The position numbers were made by a program, and so were the translations under genes. From Centroscyllium fabricii (taxonomy: Eukaryota): a stretch of DNA of 64,000 nucleotides. Positions 33,701 through 45,700 of this stretch are shown here, piece by piece; position 1 is the stretch's first letter; every line of letters begins with the position of its first letter. Where the stretch lies: NCBI GenBank assembly GCA_051313645.2, contig JBNRSN020000002.1, positions 268,150,001 through 268,214,000 on the forward strand, read 5' to 3'. The notes beneath the pieces are model-generated. The model ran no database searches, was not told where the DNA came from, and was given only the letters and a program-made list of their open reading frames with translations.

Positions 33701-36700
33701 TGCTGTGCGGGGTCCACGGGTGCCGTTGATGGTGTGGCGACAGTCGCTGGAAGGTCATGCATCATCAGTGGATCCCAGGTCTCTGGCGCACCGTCTACAG
33801 GGACTAGAGAAAAAAATGGTAACAAGGGAGTGTCGAGAGTTACGGTGGGGGGGGGGGTGTGGGAAGTGGTTGGTTCAGGGGCACCCGAGGGTGCAAGGTC
33901 TCCAATGGAGACTGTGTCCTCCCGCCCGTCGGGGAACACCACGTAGGCATATTGGGGGTTGGCATGGAGGAGTTGTACCCTTTCAACCAGGGGGTTCATC
34001 TTATGGCCCCTCACGTGCTTCCTGAGCAGGACGGGCCCTGGGGATGTCAGCCACGATGGTAGCGAGGTCCCCGAGGTGGACTTCCTAGGGAAGGAAAACA
34101 ACCACTCGTGAGGGGCAGTGACTGGATGGAGTGGAGTGCCTCGGGGAGGACGTCCTGCCAGCGGGAGATTGGAAGGCCCCTAGACCGCAGGGCCAGGAGG
34201 GCAGCTTTCCAGACTGTCCCATTCTCCCTCTCAACCTGCCCATTCCCCCGGGGGTTGTAGCTGGTGGTCCTACTCGTAGCGACCCCCTTCACGAGCAGGC
34301 ACTGGCGCAGCTCGTCACTCATGAACGAGGAACCCCGGTCACTGTGGATGTAGTTGGGGAAGCCGAACACGGTGAAGATGCTGCGCAGGCACTTGATGAC
34401 CGTGTCCGCGGTCATGTCTGGACAAGGGATAGCAAAGGGGAAACGTGAGTACTCATCAATGACGGTGAAGAAATACACGTTGCGGTCGGAGGAGGGGAGG
34501 GGCCCTTTGAAGTCGATGCTCAGGCGCTCAAAGCGGCGGGTGGCCTTTATCAGGTTAGCTCTGTCTGGCCTATAGAAGTGCGGTTTGCACTTGGCGCAGG
34601 TCGTGCAGCCCCTGGTAACGGCCTGGACTTCCGAGATGGAATAGGGCAGGTTGCGGGACTTGACGAAGTGGAAAAGGCGGGTGATTCCCGGGTGGCAGAG
34701 GTCATTGTGGAGAGATTGCAATCTATCCACCTGTGCGCTGGCACAGGTTCCTCGGGATAGGGTATCCGGAGGCTCATTGAGTTTACCGGGCCGGTACAAG
34801 ATGTTGTAATTGTAGGTGGACAGCTCAATTCTCCACCTCAGGATCTTGTTATTCTTGATCTTGCCCTGCTGTTTATTATTAAACATGAAAGCCACTGAAC
34901 GCTGGTCAGTGAGCAGGGTGAATCTTTTACCAGCCAGGTAATGTCTCCAGTGCCGCACAGCTTCCACGATGGCCTGGGCTTCCTTTTCCACCGAGGAGTG
35001 TCTGATTTCAGGGCCTTGGAGGGTGCGGGAGAAGAAGGCCATTGGTCTCCCGGCCTGATTGAAGGTAGCGGCCAGGGCAAAGTCAGAGGCATCGTTTTCC
35101 ACCTGGAAGGGGGTGGATTTATCCACGGCGTGCATGGTCGCCTTGGCGATGTCAGACTTGATGCTATCGAAGGCTGCGCGAGCCTCGTCCGCCAGGGGGA
35201 AATAGGTAGATTTGATGAGGGGGCGGGCTTTGTCGGCGTAATTAGGGACCCACTGGGCATAGTATGAGAAAAAGCCCAGGCATCTTTTCAGGGACTTGGG
35301 GCTGTGGGGGAAGGAGGAGCTCCATGAGGGGGCGCATGCGTTCGGGGTCAGGGCTGATGACTCCATTCTCCACAACGCAGCCCAGGATGGCGAGGCAGGT
35401 GGTGCCGAATACTCATATGGCTGACGTGCGGACAACTCCCGAACCTGATCACAGAGTAGATGCAGTGCGCGAAAAGCACAGCACACAAAGACAAGTATAT
35501 GACAGCGGGAAGAATACATGTAGGAACTGCGGAAGACAACTCGACTACACAGACAGAAGAAAACGCCCAGCTTATGGAACAAGCTGCAACACGTGTGGTA
35601 AAGCAAACTACTGGCAAAAAATGTGCAGAGCTAAAAGAGAGGGTTTACACATGAAAACCAGAGGCGGACAGCAGAACCAACAAAAGAAAAACAAAATCCA
35701 TATCATGGGCGAGCAAGATGTCGAAGACTGCGGATACGACAAAGCTCTGAACATTGAAACCATAAAGGTTCTCTTACATGAAATGTCCAGAGCAGAAAGC
35801 ACCCCTGTGAAAGAATGGCACACTATCATCCAGATTAGGAAGAGGATCAAAGGACAGCCCACAACCATCAATCTAAAAGTAAAGTTGGACACAGGAGCTC
35901 AGAGCAACATCCTTCCACTGAGGCTATACCAGAGGATCTTCCCCGAAAACTTGGGCATAGATAGATACCCGAAAGGAGGATGTTTAAAAGCAAACAACGT
36001 CATGCCGACAGTGTATGGGGGGAGAGAAATCAGACAACTCGGAACAACCTACATAAAAGGAACACACAAAAGCAGAATCGTCAACTGCATGTTCTATGTG
36101 ACCGACACCGAGGGATTGGCGATCCTGGGATTAAATCGCTGCATGAAGCTGGGGTTAATCTCGGTAAACCACGAACTAACAAAAACATCACTGAAAGTCG
36201 ACAGCAACACCCCACTGGAAAATTGTCCACAAATCATGGACACGAAACATGTGATGGACATGTATCCAGAGTGTTTTGATGACACAGTAGGATGCTTCGG
36301 GGAATTTCAAGTACCATATAACAGTAGATCCAGAGGTAAAACACGTCATCCATGCTCCAAGAAAAATACCCATCGAGCTAAAGGAAAAATTATACACAGA
36401 ACTCAAAGAAATGGAAGTGAAAGCAATAATCGCAAAGGTCACTGAACCCACAGACTGGGTAAACGCGATTGTGGTACAGGAAAAGCCAAACGGGCGGCTC
36501 AGAATCTGTCTGGACCCCAAAGACTTAAACCAGGCAATAAAGCTGGACCACTACCTCAAACCAGCATTAGAAGAAATCACACTAGCACTGGCAGGAGCCA
36601 AAGTCTTCTCCAAACTGGATGCCAGAAATGGCCACTGGACCGTAAAACTGGACGAAGAATCAACTAACCTGACAGCCTTTAATACATCATTGGGGTGTTA

Positions 36701-39700
36701 TAAATTCCTGCGGCTGCCATTCGGGTTGAAAGTTAGCCAAGACATCTTCCAACAAAAGATCGATGATGTATTGTTTTCTATGTGGGTTCAATGACGACAC
36801 ATTGATGAAGGAGAATGTTTTTTAATCTAACGTATGTTCAAGTAACTTACTGATTTACATGAGGCTTACAGGGAGACTCCATCTTGGAGATCAATCCTAT
36901 ACTGCAACTCCTCTAACTTGCTTCTTGTCACATGCCCTCTGCTGGTAAGGCATAGATAATCAAACAGGCAAATATGATCACCATTTGCTGATATCATTAC
37001 AGATGAAACATACAGAAGCTGGTCTCGGGCTGCGTGAGACCGACCGACAGACAGTGGCTACGCAGCTTAGCAGGAACGTTGCTGACCATGCCCTTTTATT
37101 TGCATCTTTCTTGTTCTGGTGGCGGTAGTAAAGCAGCCACCTTAATTCCAACTATAGGTTTCTCTCTGTTGCTTGTCACACAGAGCTGGGCTTCATTGAA
37201 TCATAGAACCATAGAATAAAACAGCACAGAAGGAGGCCATTAGGCCCCACATGCCTGTGCCGGCTCTTTGAAAGAGCTGTCCAATTTATCTCACTCACCT
37301 GTACTTTCCCCATAGCCCTGCAAACATTTCCTTCTCAGGTCTTTATCCAATTCCCTTTTGATAGTTATTACTGACTCTGCTTCCATCATCCTTTCATAAT
37401 GTGGAGGTGCCGGTGTTGGCATTCCAGATCACAACTTGTGGCGTAAATTGTTCTCATCGCCCCCCCCACCCCACCCCACTCCTGATTCTTTTGCCAATTA
37501 TCTTAAATCCGTGTCTTTTTGTTACCGACCCTCCTGAGTTGGAAACAGTTACTCCTTACTTACTCTATCAAAACTTCTCAGAATTTTAAGGCTTGTCTGA
37601 ACCTCTGCTGTACTAAGGACTCGGGCTCTACGCTGCACTTCTATCCTGCATTTATTGTTCTTTGCGAGTATTGTTTCTCCTGTATTGAGGGCTCTCAGAA
37701 AGCACTCCTGTTCTTTCCAAGCCTGCTGATTCCTGCACTCAGGGCTTTCTTGATGCAGGTCTCAGTAGGACGACATGGTGGCACAGTGGTTAGCACTGCT
37801 GCCTTGCAATAAGGAGCTCCTGGGTTCGAATCCTGCTTGGCCCGGGACCTCTCTGTGTGGAGTTTGCATGTTCTCCCCATGTTCGTGTGGGTTTCCTCCG
37901 GGTACTCCGGTTTCCTCCCACCACCCAAAGACATGCAGGTTAGGTGAACTGGAGATACTAAAAAAAAATTGCCCGTGAGTATGTGTGAGAGATATAGTTC
38001 TTAGAGTTGGGGGTGTCGGGGGATATGGGGAGAGGGTAGGAGGAGGGTGCTGGGTTTGGATGATCAGCCATGATCTCATCAAAATGGCGGGGCAGGCTCG
38101 AGGGGCCAAATAGCCTACTCCTGCTCCTATCTTGTGTGTTTCTGTGAGCCATTGGAATCGCTGATGACATCCAAGTTTACGGAACAAACAAAAGAGACCA
38201 TGACGTGCACTTACACGAGGCCATGGATGGCTGGCATCAAGCTGAACGCTGAGAAGTACATCGTTAAAAGTACAAAATGCAAATTCTTTGGCAAGATCTA
38301 CACACCAGCGGGGGTCAAGCCTAGTCCCGAAAAGGTCGATGCGATAGCAGAGATGAAACCTCCAAACGACAAGAAGGAGCTGTGAAGTTACATCGGCTTG
38401 GTCCAGTATATGAACTCTTTCATTCCGAACATGTCAGACTACACAGTGAACCTAAGAGAATTACTAAAAGAATACACTGCAGACCAATGGTTAGAATCCC
38501 ATGAGAGGAACCTCAAACACCTAAAGGAATTATCATGTAAAGAAACCAGCCTGTCTTATTATGATAGAAAAAAACCTGTCACCCTACAGGTAGATGCCTC
38601 TACCAGAGGGCTAGGGGAAGCCCTTGTGCAGGAAGGAAAACCAATAGCTTTCGCATCGAAGGCATTGACATCAGTAGAGACAAGATACGCAAACATCGAA
38701 AGAGAGCTATTGGCAGTAGTATATGGATGTGAAAAAGTTCCACACCTACTTATACGGAAGAAAATTCAAGGTAGAGAGTGACCATTGTCCACTCGACCAA
38801 ATTCACAAGAAAAACCTAAGCAAGGCCCCAGAAAGACTGCAAAGGTTACTGTTAAGACTCCAAAGTTACAACTTCATTGGAGTTACGACTTCAAATTAAA
38901 ATATCGGCCAGGAAAAGAAATGATATTGGCAGATGCATTGTCTCGATTTTCACCACACGAAAAACACGAGATGAAGGGCCTGACAGTAAAAATACATCAC
39001 CTCGTAATTGTTACCCCCACAAAGCTTAGCCAAATTCAAGAGGAGACTGGTAAAGATGAGGAGTTGCAACTACTCAAGCAACAGATAATACAGGGATGGC
39101 TGGAGAACATCCAGCAGGTCCAAAACCAAATCCGACAATACTGGACAATCAGAGACAACATCTTGGTGGAGGATGGTGTTCTCCTTGCTGGATCAAGAAT
39201 CATAATACCAAAAATGATGTAAACAGAACTTCTCCGCTTAATACACCAAGGCCATATGGGGATGGAGAAATGTAAACTAAGAGCCAGATCAGCTGTGTAC
39301 TGGATAGGCATGTACAAAAGCATAGAACAAATGGTCTCCATATGCCAGAAATACCAAAACACACAGCAGAAGGAGGAGATGATTCAAATGGAAGTAACCC
39401 CGAGACCATGGCATACGGTTAGAGCAGATCTGTTCCTGTGCAACCAGGAGTGGTACATCACAGTAGCAGACTACAACTCAAAATTTCCTTTTGTCAGAAG
39501 GATAAATGACATGAGAGCCACAACTATCACCAAAATTGCGAAAAACTTATTCGCAGAACAGGGCAACCCAGAGAAGTTCATCTGCGACAATGGGACACAA
39601 TTCACCTCCAGTGAATTCAGAGTACTGGCTGGAAAATACGGATTTAATATAATAACCTCATCCCCACATTACCCAAGGGGACCACAGATTTATTGAAAGG

Positions 39701-42700
39701 CAGGTCCAAACAGTCAAAAGAGCTTTCATTAAAAGCAAGGAGATGGGAGAAAACCAAGACCTCGCCCTTTTGGCAATCAGATCGACACCCTTGAGAGCAG
39801 ACTCAAAATCACCAGCAGAACTACTAAATGGTAGAAAATACAAAACAACTCTACCAGCAAAGATATATCCTCCCCAGGGCCGAGAGGACATTCGGCAGAA
39901 GTTGATGAAAACACAAGCTACAGGGAGCACACACTATAACAAGCATGCAAAACTACTACCGGAGCTGCTAAATGGGCAGTCAGTGCATATACAAGATCCG
40001 TTGTTGAGAACATGGAGTCCAGCCAAAGTTATTGGAAAAGCTGATACTCCAAGATCTTACTTGGTAGAGACAGAACCTGGAAACCAATACAGGCGAAACA
40101 GGATCCATATGAAGCGGTCAAACAGCGGACAACATTAACAGCAGTTATGATACCAGACACGGAAAACAATATAACGCCAGAAACAAACACCTCAAATATA
40201 ACAACTGCGAACATGCACTTTCCAGAACCAAACACAACAGCACCGACAACAAGAAAAGAACACACCAAAACACCGCAGAAAGGAATAGTTACAGCCAAGT
40301 CCACAAGATGGAGGAGTAACATACAACCACCTGAACGGTATCACGAATAATTATAAAGACAATTATAATTCGCACAGAACAGTAAAAGAATATGGACAAA
40401 TATCTGTATATAAATTGAGCAAAGAAAGCTAACATTCTGAATTTTGTTAACATTATTTAACTGTAAACATTTGTAAAATAGATAATTGATGTAATTAGTT
40501 TTGTTGGAAAAGAGGGATATTACTAGTTATGTTGGGACTACATTGTACAAGTGTACTAACACTCAAATCAAGTGTAGCAGCACTACGATGCTGGGAAAGT
40601 AGTGTGCAGGTGCTGCACAGTGGCACTCTGGAGTATCACCCTGCACCATGCGGCAGGCAGTCATTAAAACCCAAATAAAACAGTAGTTTATAATTACAAA
40701 CTACCGAGTCCAGAGTCGTCTTTACAAAGCACTACGGGTGCTAGGAGACATAACCATTGTCATGGGATCTTTTAAATCCACCTGAAAGGGCAGACAGGAT
40801 CTTGTTTAACAAGTGGCCGTATATTCCGATGCCTATGGGTATGTACGCGCTGTGTACACACCCGTAGGGACATCGGAAATGCCGGTTTCAGGCATACGAA
40901 TTGCAGGATTACTTTTGCCAAGGTGCGGGGGGTGGGTTCCCCACTGCAAAGCTAGAAAATCCTGGCAGTGCTGCAGTGGGACCAGCATTGCAGCACCAGA
41001 TGAGGTGGTGAGGGACCTTAAAGGGGCAAAATATGTCAGAAGATCAAGTAAGCTCCTGGCTTTATAGGGCTTGGCAGAGACTGAATCCGATAAGGGTTAG
41101 TATCTGGGAACCCCATTTCCCCACTGTTTGCACCGCTGGCCCGCCTGATTTTGGACAGGATAATGAAGGAAACTTCAGCCCACCATGTCTAAACTTGAGA
41201 CATTTTTATTGAGAACTTCCCTCCTTACCTCAGTGATGTTACAATCCTTTCAAAATTCCCCTCCTTTAAATTAACCCTTTTTTTGCTGTTCTTGACTTTA
41301 TATTTTTTTCTCTCTCACATATAAACATTGACATACATGAATAAAAAAAGGTTCACTGCCCCCAACCATTCAGAATGTTGAAAATAAACAAGCAATGCCA
41401 AAGTTACAATTCAAGATTTTCCTAGTCACGTAAAATTAGCACCCAAAGGGGGTGTTTTAACTCGGGGTGGCGGAGGAGTTAAAATGATGGTGGTAGATTA
41501 ACTGCACAGTTCCCCCTCTTCCACCATTTTTCCTGGGGACTTTCCACTGGTCATCCGAGTGGATCAGGTGGAAGCCTCATTAATCTATACAAATTGGGAT
41601 CTTATGATGTACATAGGACCCCAACAGCATTTTACCTGCCTACTGGGTGGAGTGCCACCATGAACACTCTGCCCAGTAAAACCTGGCAGAACAGAAGAGG
41701 CCCTTTGAGGTAAGTGAGCGCTCCTCCGGACTTCCACCCCCCAAACTCTGTTCTTGGAAGACTGAGGCCCCGTCTGCTCTCTCAGGTGGACATAAAAGAC
41801 CCCATGGCACTATTTCGAAGAAGAGCAGTGGAGTTATCCCTGGTATCCTGGCCAATATTTATCCCTCAACCAACATAACAAAAACAGATTATCTGGTCAT
41901 TATCACATTGCTGTTTGTGGGAGCTTGCTGTGTGCAAATTGGCTGCCGTGTTTCCCACATTACAACAGTGACTCCACTTCAAATAGTACTTCATTGGCTG
42001 TAAAGCGCTGAGACGTCTGGTAGTTGTGAAAAGCGCTATAGAAATGCAAGTCATTTCTTTTCTCCCTGGTGACCTACCTTTGTCCAGGCCGAGTTGTCCT
42101 CTGAGCTGGCTGACATTGCGCTGGCCAGGAACCAGCTCACTGCATCGGAACTCACTTGAGGTGTGGAGCTCACTGCATATATGTTAATGAAGCCTGGGCC
42201 TTGAAATGGGCTGGACTTCCTGCCAGTTCTAACAGGTGGCCAGCTGCAGGCTCCACTAGTTGTCGCCCCTTTAGGTAAAATCTACCATAGATTGTGTTGC
42301 TCTTTCTCAAGACTCTCTGTTTCCCTCTCTGCAAGTTGTTGAAAAGTTTCAGCCATGCTGTTTACTGTGGGTAAATATTTTTGCACAAGACTATACATGA
42401 AGCATTTCATTGTAGCAGCAGGCAAATACTTAACAAGGACAAGCAGAGACAGAGAAAGAGGAAGAGACTTTGTTTTTAAAAAGCACCTTACTTAAAACAA
42501 AAATCAGACAAGTTGTATTTGGATTGTAAGAATTTGATTAAACATGGTTCAGAGTCTTGCGTTGCTCACAGGCAACTATCAAATTGAATAAGAGCCAAAG
42601 TCAATCTAAACGTATTTTTCTACCATTCACTTGTCCAGTAAATAAATTGAAGATTAGAAAGTGTTTTGCATTTGTTAAATAGATTTAGGTGGAAAAAGGA

Positions 42701-45700
42701 CTGGAGTGTGCTGTTCGCACACACTGTAATGTTTAATGCTGCTATGGGCAGGACTTTTATTTTGAAGTCACTATTGCTGTACACAGGACTCTTATGTTGA
42801 AGCATTCTGAAACCGAAACCAAAAGCTAGCAGTGTGTAATGGAGGATACAGAACCTCATGTGTGTACTGTGAGACAGTGAATTAAAAGTGCTGAAGCTCC
42901 CAGGAAACTGCATGGACCTGGTTTTATTTACAGTAGGCAGTTAGCCACAACATGGTGTCAGAGTAAATAAGAACCCACTTGAAAAAAAAAGAAATAATGG
43001 AAGCTTTCGGTGTCCCTACCCCAAGGTTGGACTGGGAATCACCCAACCTACCTGATGCATGGTGGCGATTCAGACAACATGCCGAGCTCATGTTCGCAGG
43101 CCCGCTTAAAAGGAAAACGGAGGAAGAGAAATGCAGTTTCCTCCTACTGTGGATCGGGGACAAAGGATGGGACATAAGAAACACTTGGACAGTGACTGAG
43201 GACGATGCAAAAGTGTTAAAAACATATTATGACGGATTTTCAGCATACCACACGCCGAAAGCTAACCCCATATTCGCCAGGTACAAATTCCACGAGAAGA
43301 CGCAGGGGAGTGGTGAGCCATTTGAGCGTTTCGTAACAGAGCTCAAAATGCTTGTTAAAGACTGCAACTATGCAAATAGTGAGGAAATGGTCAGGGACCG
43401 TATAGTATTTGCTACCAACTCACCTAGAGTAAGGGAGACGTTGCTTAATCAGGGACCGGAGCTCACGCTAGATAAGGCAATTGATATAGCCCGCTCCTAC
43501 GAGCTAGCGCAGGTGCAGCTAAAGGCTATGGCTAGTGACAGCCATGAAGTGCACGCAATACACCACAAGACAGGAAAGCCAGGCACTGCAAGAAACGCTA
43601 GCAGGCAAAACGAAAGCCCGAAGACGTTTAACAAAGCATGTAGTGCGTGTGGAGGACACCACAACAAGCTAGCAGAATGCCCAGCAAAGGGAAAACAGTG
43701 CTTAAAGTGCTGAAAATTCAACCACTTTGCAAGAGCATGTAAATCAAAGTCCCATACTCCAAGCAGAACAGGACACAGAGATGTAGACACTGTTGAAAAG
43801 GGGGATGAGGATTTTGACTCAGAGCTGTTTGTGGACACTGTTACATCAGAGAAGGAAGATGAGGATAGTGCGTATGCAGGCATAGGACTGGGACCACAGA
43901 ATAAAAAAATGACATTCAAATTGGATACTGGAGCACAAACGAGCGTGATACCTGCAAAAGACTTTGACAAGCTCATGCCCAGCACACCACTAATGACTGA
44001 CAAGTGTAAGCTACTTGGCTACGGGGGGCATCCGCTGAAAGTGAACGGTTACTGCAACCTGGTAGGCAGATACAAGAATAAGTCAACCACCCAGAAGTTC
44101 TACATCGTAGACTGCAACGGCCCACCCATCCTAGGCTACAGAGCGTGTAAAGCCCTGGGACTCATCAAGGTGGTATATGCAGTCACCGACACCAGTGAGA
44201 AAGAGTGCGACGTGCGAGTGCAGTCGGCTAACGTACTGAGTGAGTACGCAGATGTTTTCAAAGGCATCGGTGAATTCCAGGGTGAGTGCAGTTTCAGGAT
44301 AGACCCTAGCGTAGCACCAGTGGTTTGCCCGCCACGGAGGGTACCATTTGCCCTAAGAGAATGCTTAAAAACAGAGTTAGACAACATGGAAAGGGACGGC
44401 ATAATCTGTAAAGTGACTGTACCTACCCAGTGGGTCAACGCCCTGGTAACGTGTGAGAAGCCAAAAACACACAAGCTCCGAGTATGCCTGGACGCACGGC
44501 CTTTGAACAAAGCAATACAACGGCTGTACTATTCCCTACCCACACTTGAGGATGTAACATCCAAACTGGCTGGGGCGAAATACTTCAGCGTCTTAGATGC
44601 AAGATCGGGCTATTGGGCTATCAAACTCAGTGAGGAGTCGTCACTGCTCACTACATTCAACTCCATCTATGGCAGATACCGTTTTCTCAGACTGCCCTTC
44701 GGCATCGTGTCTGCCCAGGACGAATTCCAGAGGAGGGTAGAGGAGACATAAGAGGGCCTCAATGGAGTGGCCGGCATCGTGGACGACATCGTCGTGTTTG
44801 GAAAGACAAGACAGGAGCATGACCACAACCTCAGAGCCATGCTCAGCCGGACCAGAGAGAGAGGGGTGCGGCTAAACCTGGACAAATGCCGCATCTGTGT
44901 GTCCGAAGTGAGCTACTTCGGACATAGACTTACAGCCAATGACCTGAAACCAGACCCTTCCAAGGTGAAAGCCGTCAGAGACATGCAGCCGCTAGAAAAC
45001 GAGGCAGAGCTGGAGACGATCCTCGGCATGGTGAATTACCTCGCCAGATTCGCTCCCAACCTGGCCGAGGTGAGTGCACCGCTCAGACACCTGCTAAGAT
45101 GTGACACAGAGTTCAAATGGGACACAACACATGAGATGAAGAACACTATCACAGCTGAACCGGGGCCAGTGTTAGCCTATTTCGATCCTGAAAAGGAAGT
45201 GACACTCCAAGTGGACGCGTCAAAAAATGGCCTGGGTGCAACCATCATGCAGGAAGGCAGACCGGTTGCATATGCATCAAAGCTGCTTAATAACACGGAG
45301 CAAAACTACGCCCAAATCGAAAAGGAACTTTATGCAGTCCTATACGGGTGTAAGAGATTCCACGAATACATCTATGGGTGATACGTAACTGTGGAATCAG
45401 ACCACAAGCCACTAGAGACAATACTCTGCAAGCCACTAGCCCTCGCACCACCACGTCTACAGCGCATGATGCTCGCGCTGCAGAAATACAGCATAACATT
45501 CATCCACAGACCGGGCAAAGAGATCCCGGTGGCCGACACGCTGTCAAGAAAATCCATGGATGACGAGGACAGTTCACTATCTGAGGCTATGGAGACCCAG
45601 GTACACACCATCATCAGCGCAGCTCCTGTGAGTGCAGACAGGCTAGATGACATCAAGGCAGCCACAGCCCAGGACGAGCAGCTGTCCACCCTCAAGCAGG

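Larger units (their letters stand above)
30541..40755 (+). mobile_element. Gypsy element B (Mag-like), degenerate, with several nested insertions; LTRs 30541-30779 and 40518-40755
   Basis: PBS TGGTGGCAGCAG (tRNA-Leu-like); PPT GGAAAAGAGGGA; gag MNWEADDIVEAFQKFKQK from 32743; KLDTGAQSNILP; RLPFG, IADD; LQVDAS; integrase to 40138. Confidence 0.92.

Noticed and set aside
34047-35606. 519-aa minus-strand ORF as a novel fusion protein
   Set aside because: The N-terminal part is antisense B gag and off-frame RT running by chance into the RNase H-integrase frame of truncated element C; no promoter or LTR upstream.
35264-36445. 393-aa plus-strand ORF as a separate gene
   Set aside because: It is the zinc knuckle and protease part of element B read in from antisense C sequence.
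37765-37845. Possible tRNA gene (also 56030-56096 and 53211-53260)
   Set aside because: A and B boxes continue into SINE body and LINE-derived tail; these are SINE heads, not complete cloverleaf tRNAs.
43711-43713. Programmed stop-codon readthrough between gag and pol in element E
   Set aside because: The TGA falls inside the second zinc knuckle and three more in-frame stops occur in RT, RNase H and integrase, consistent with ordinary nonsense decay.
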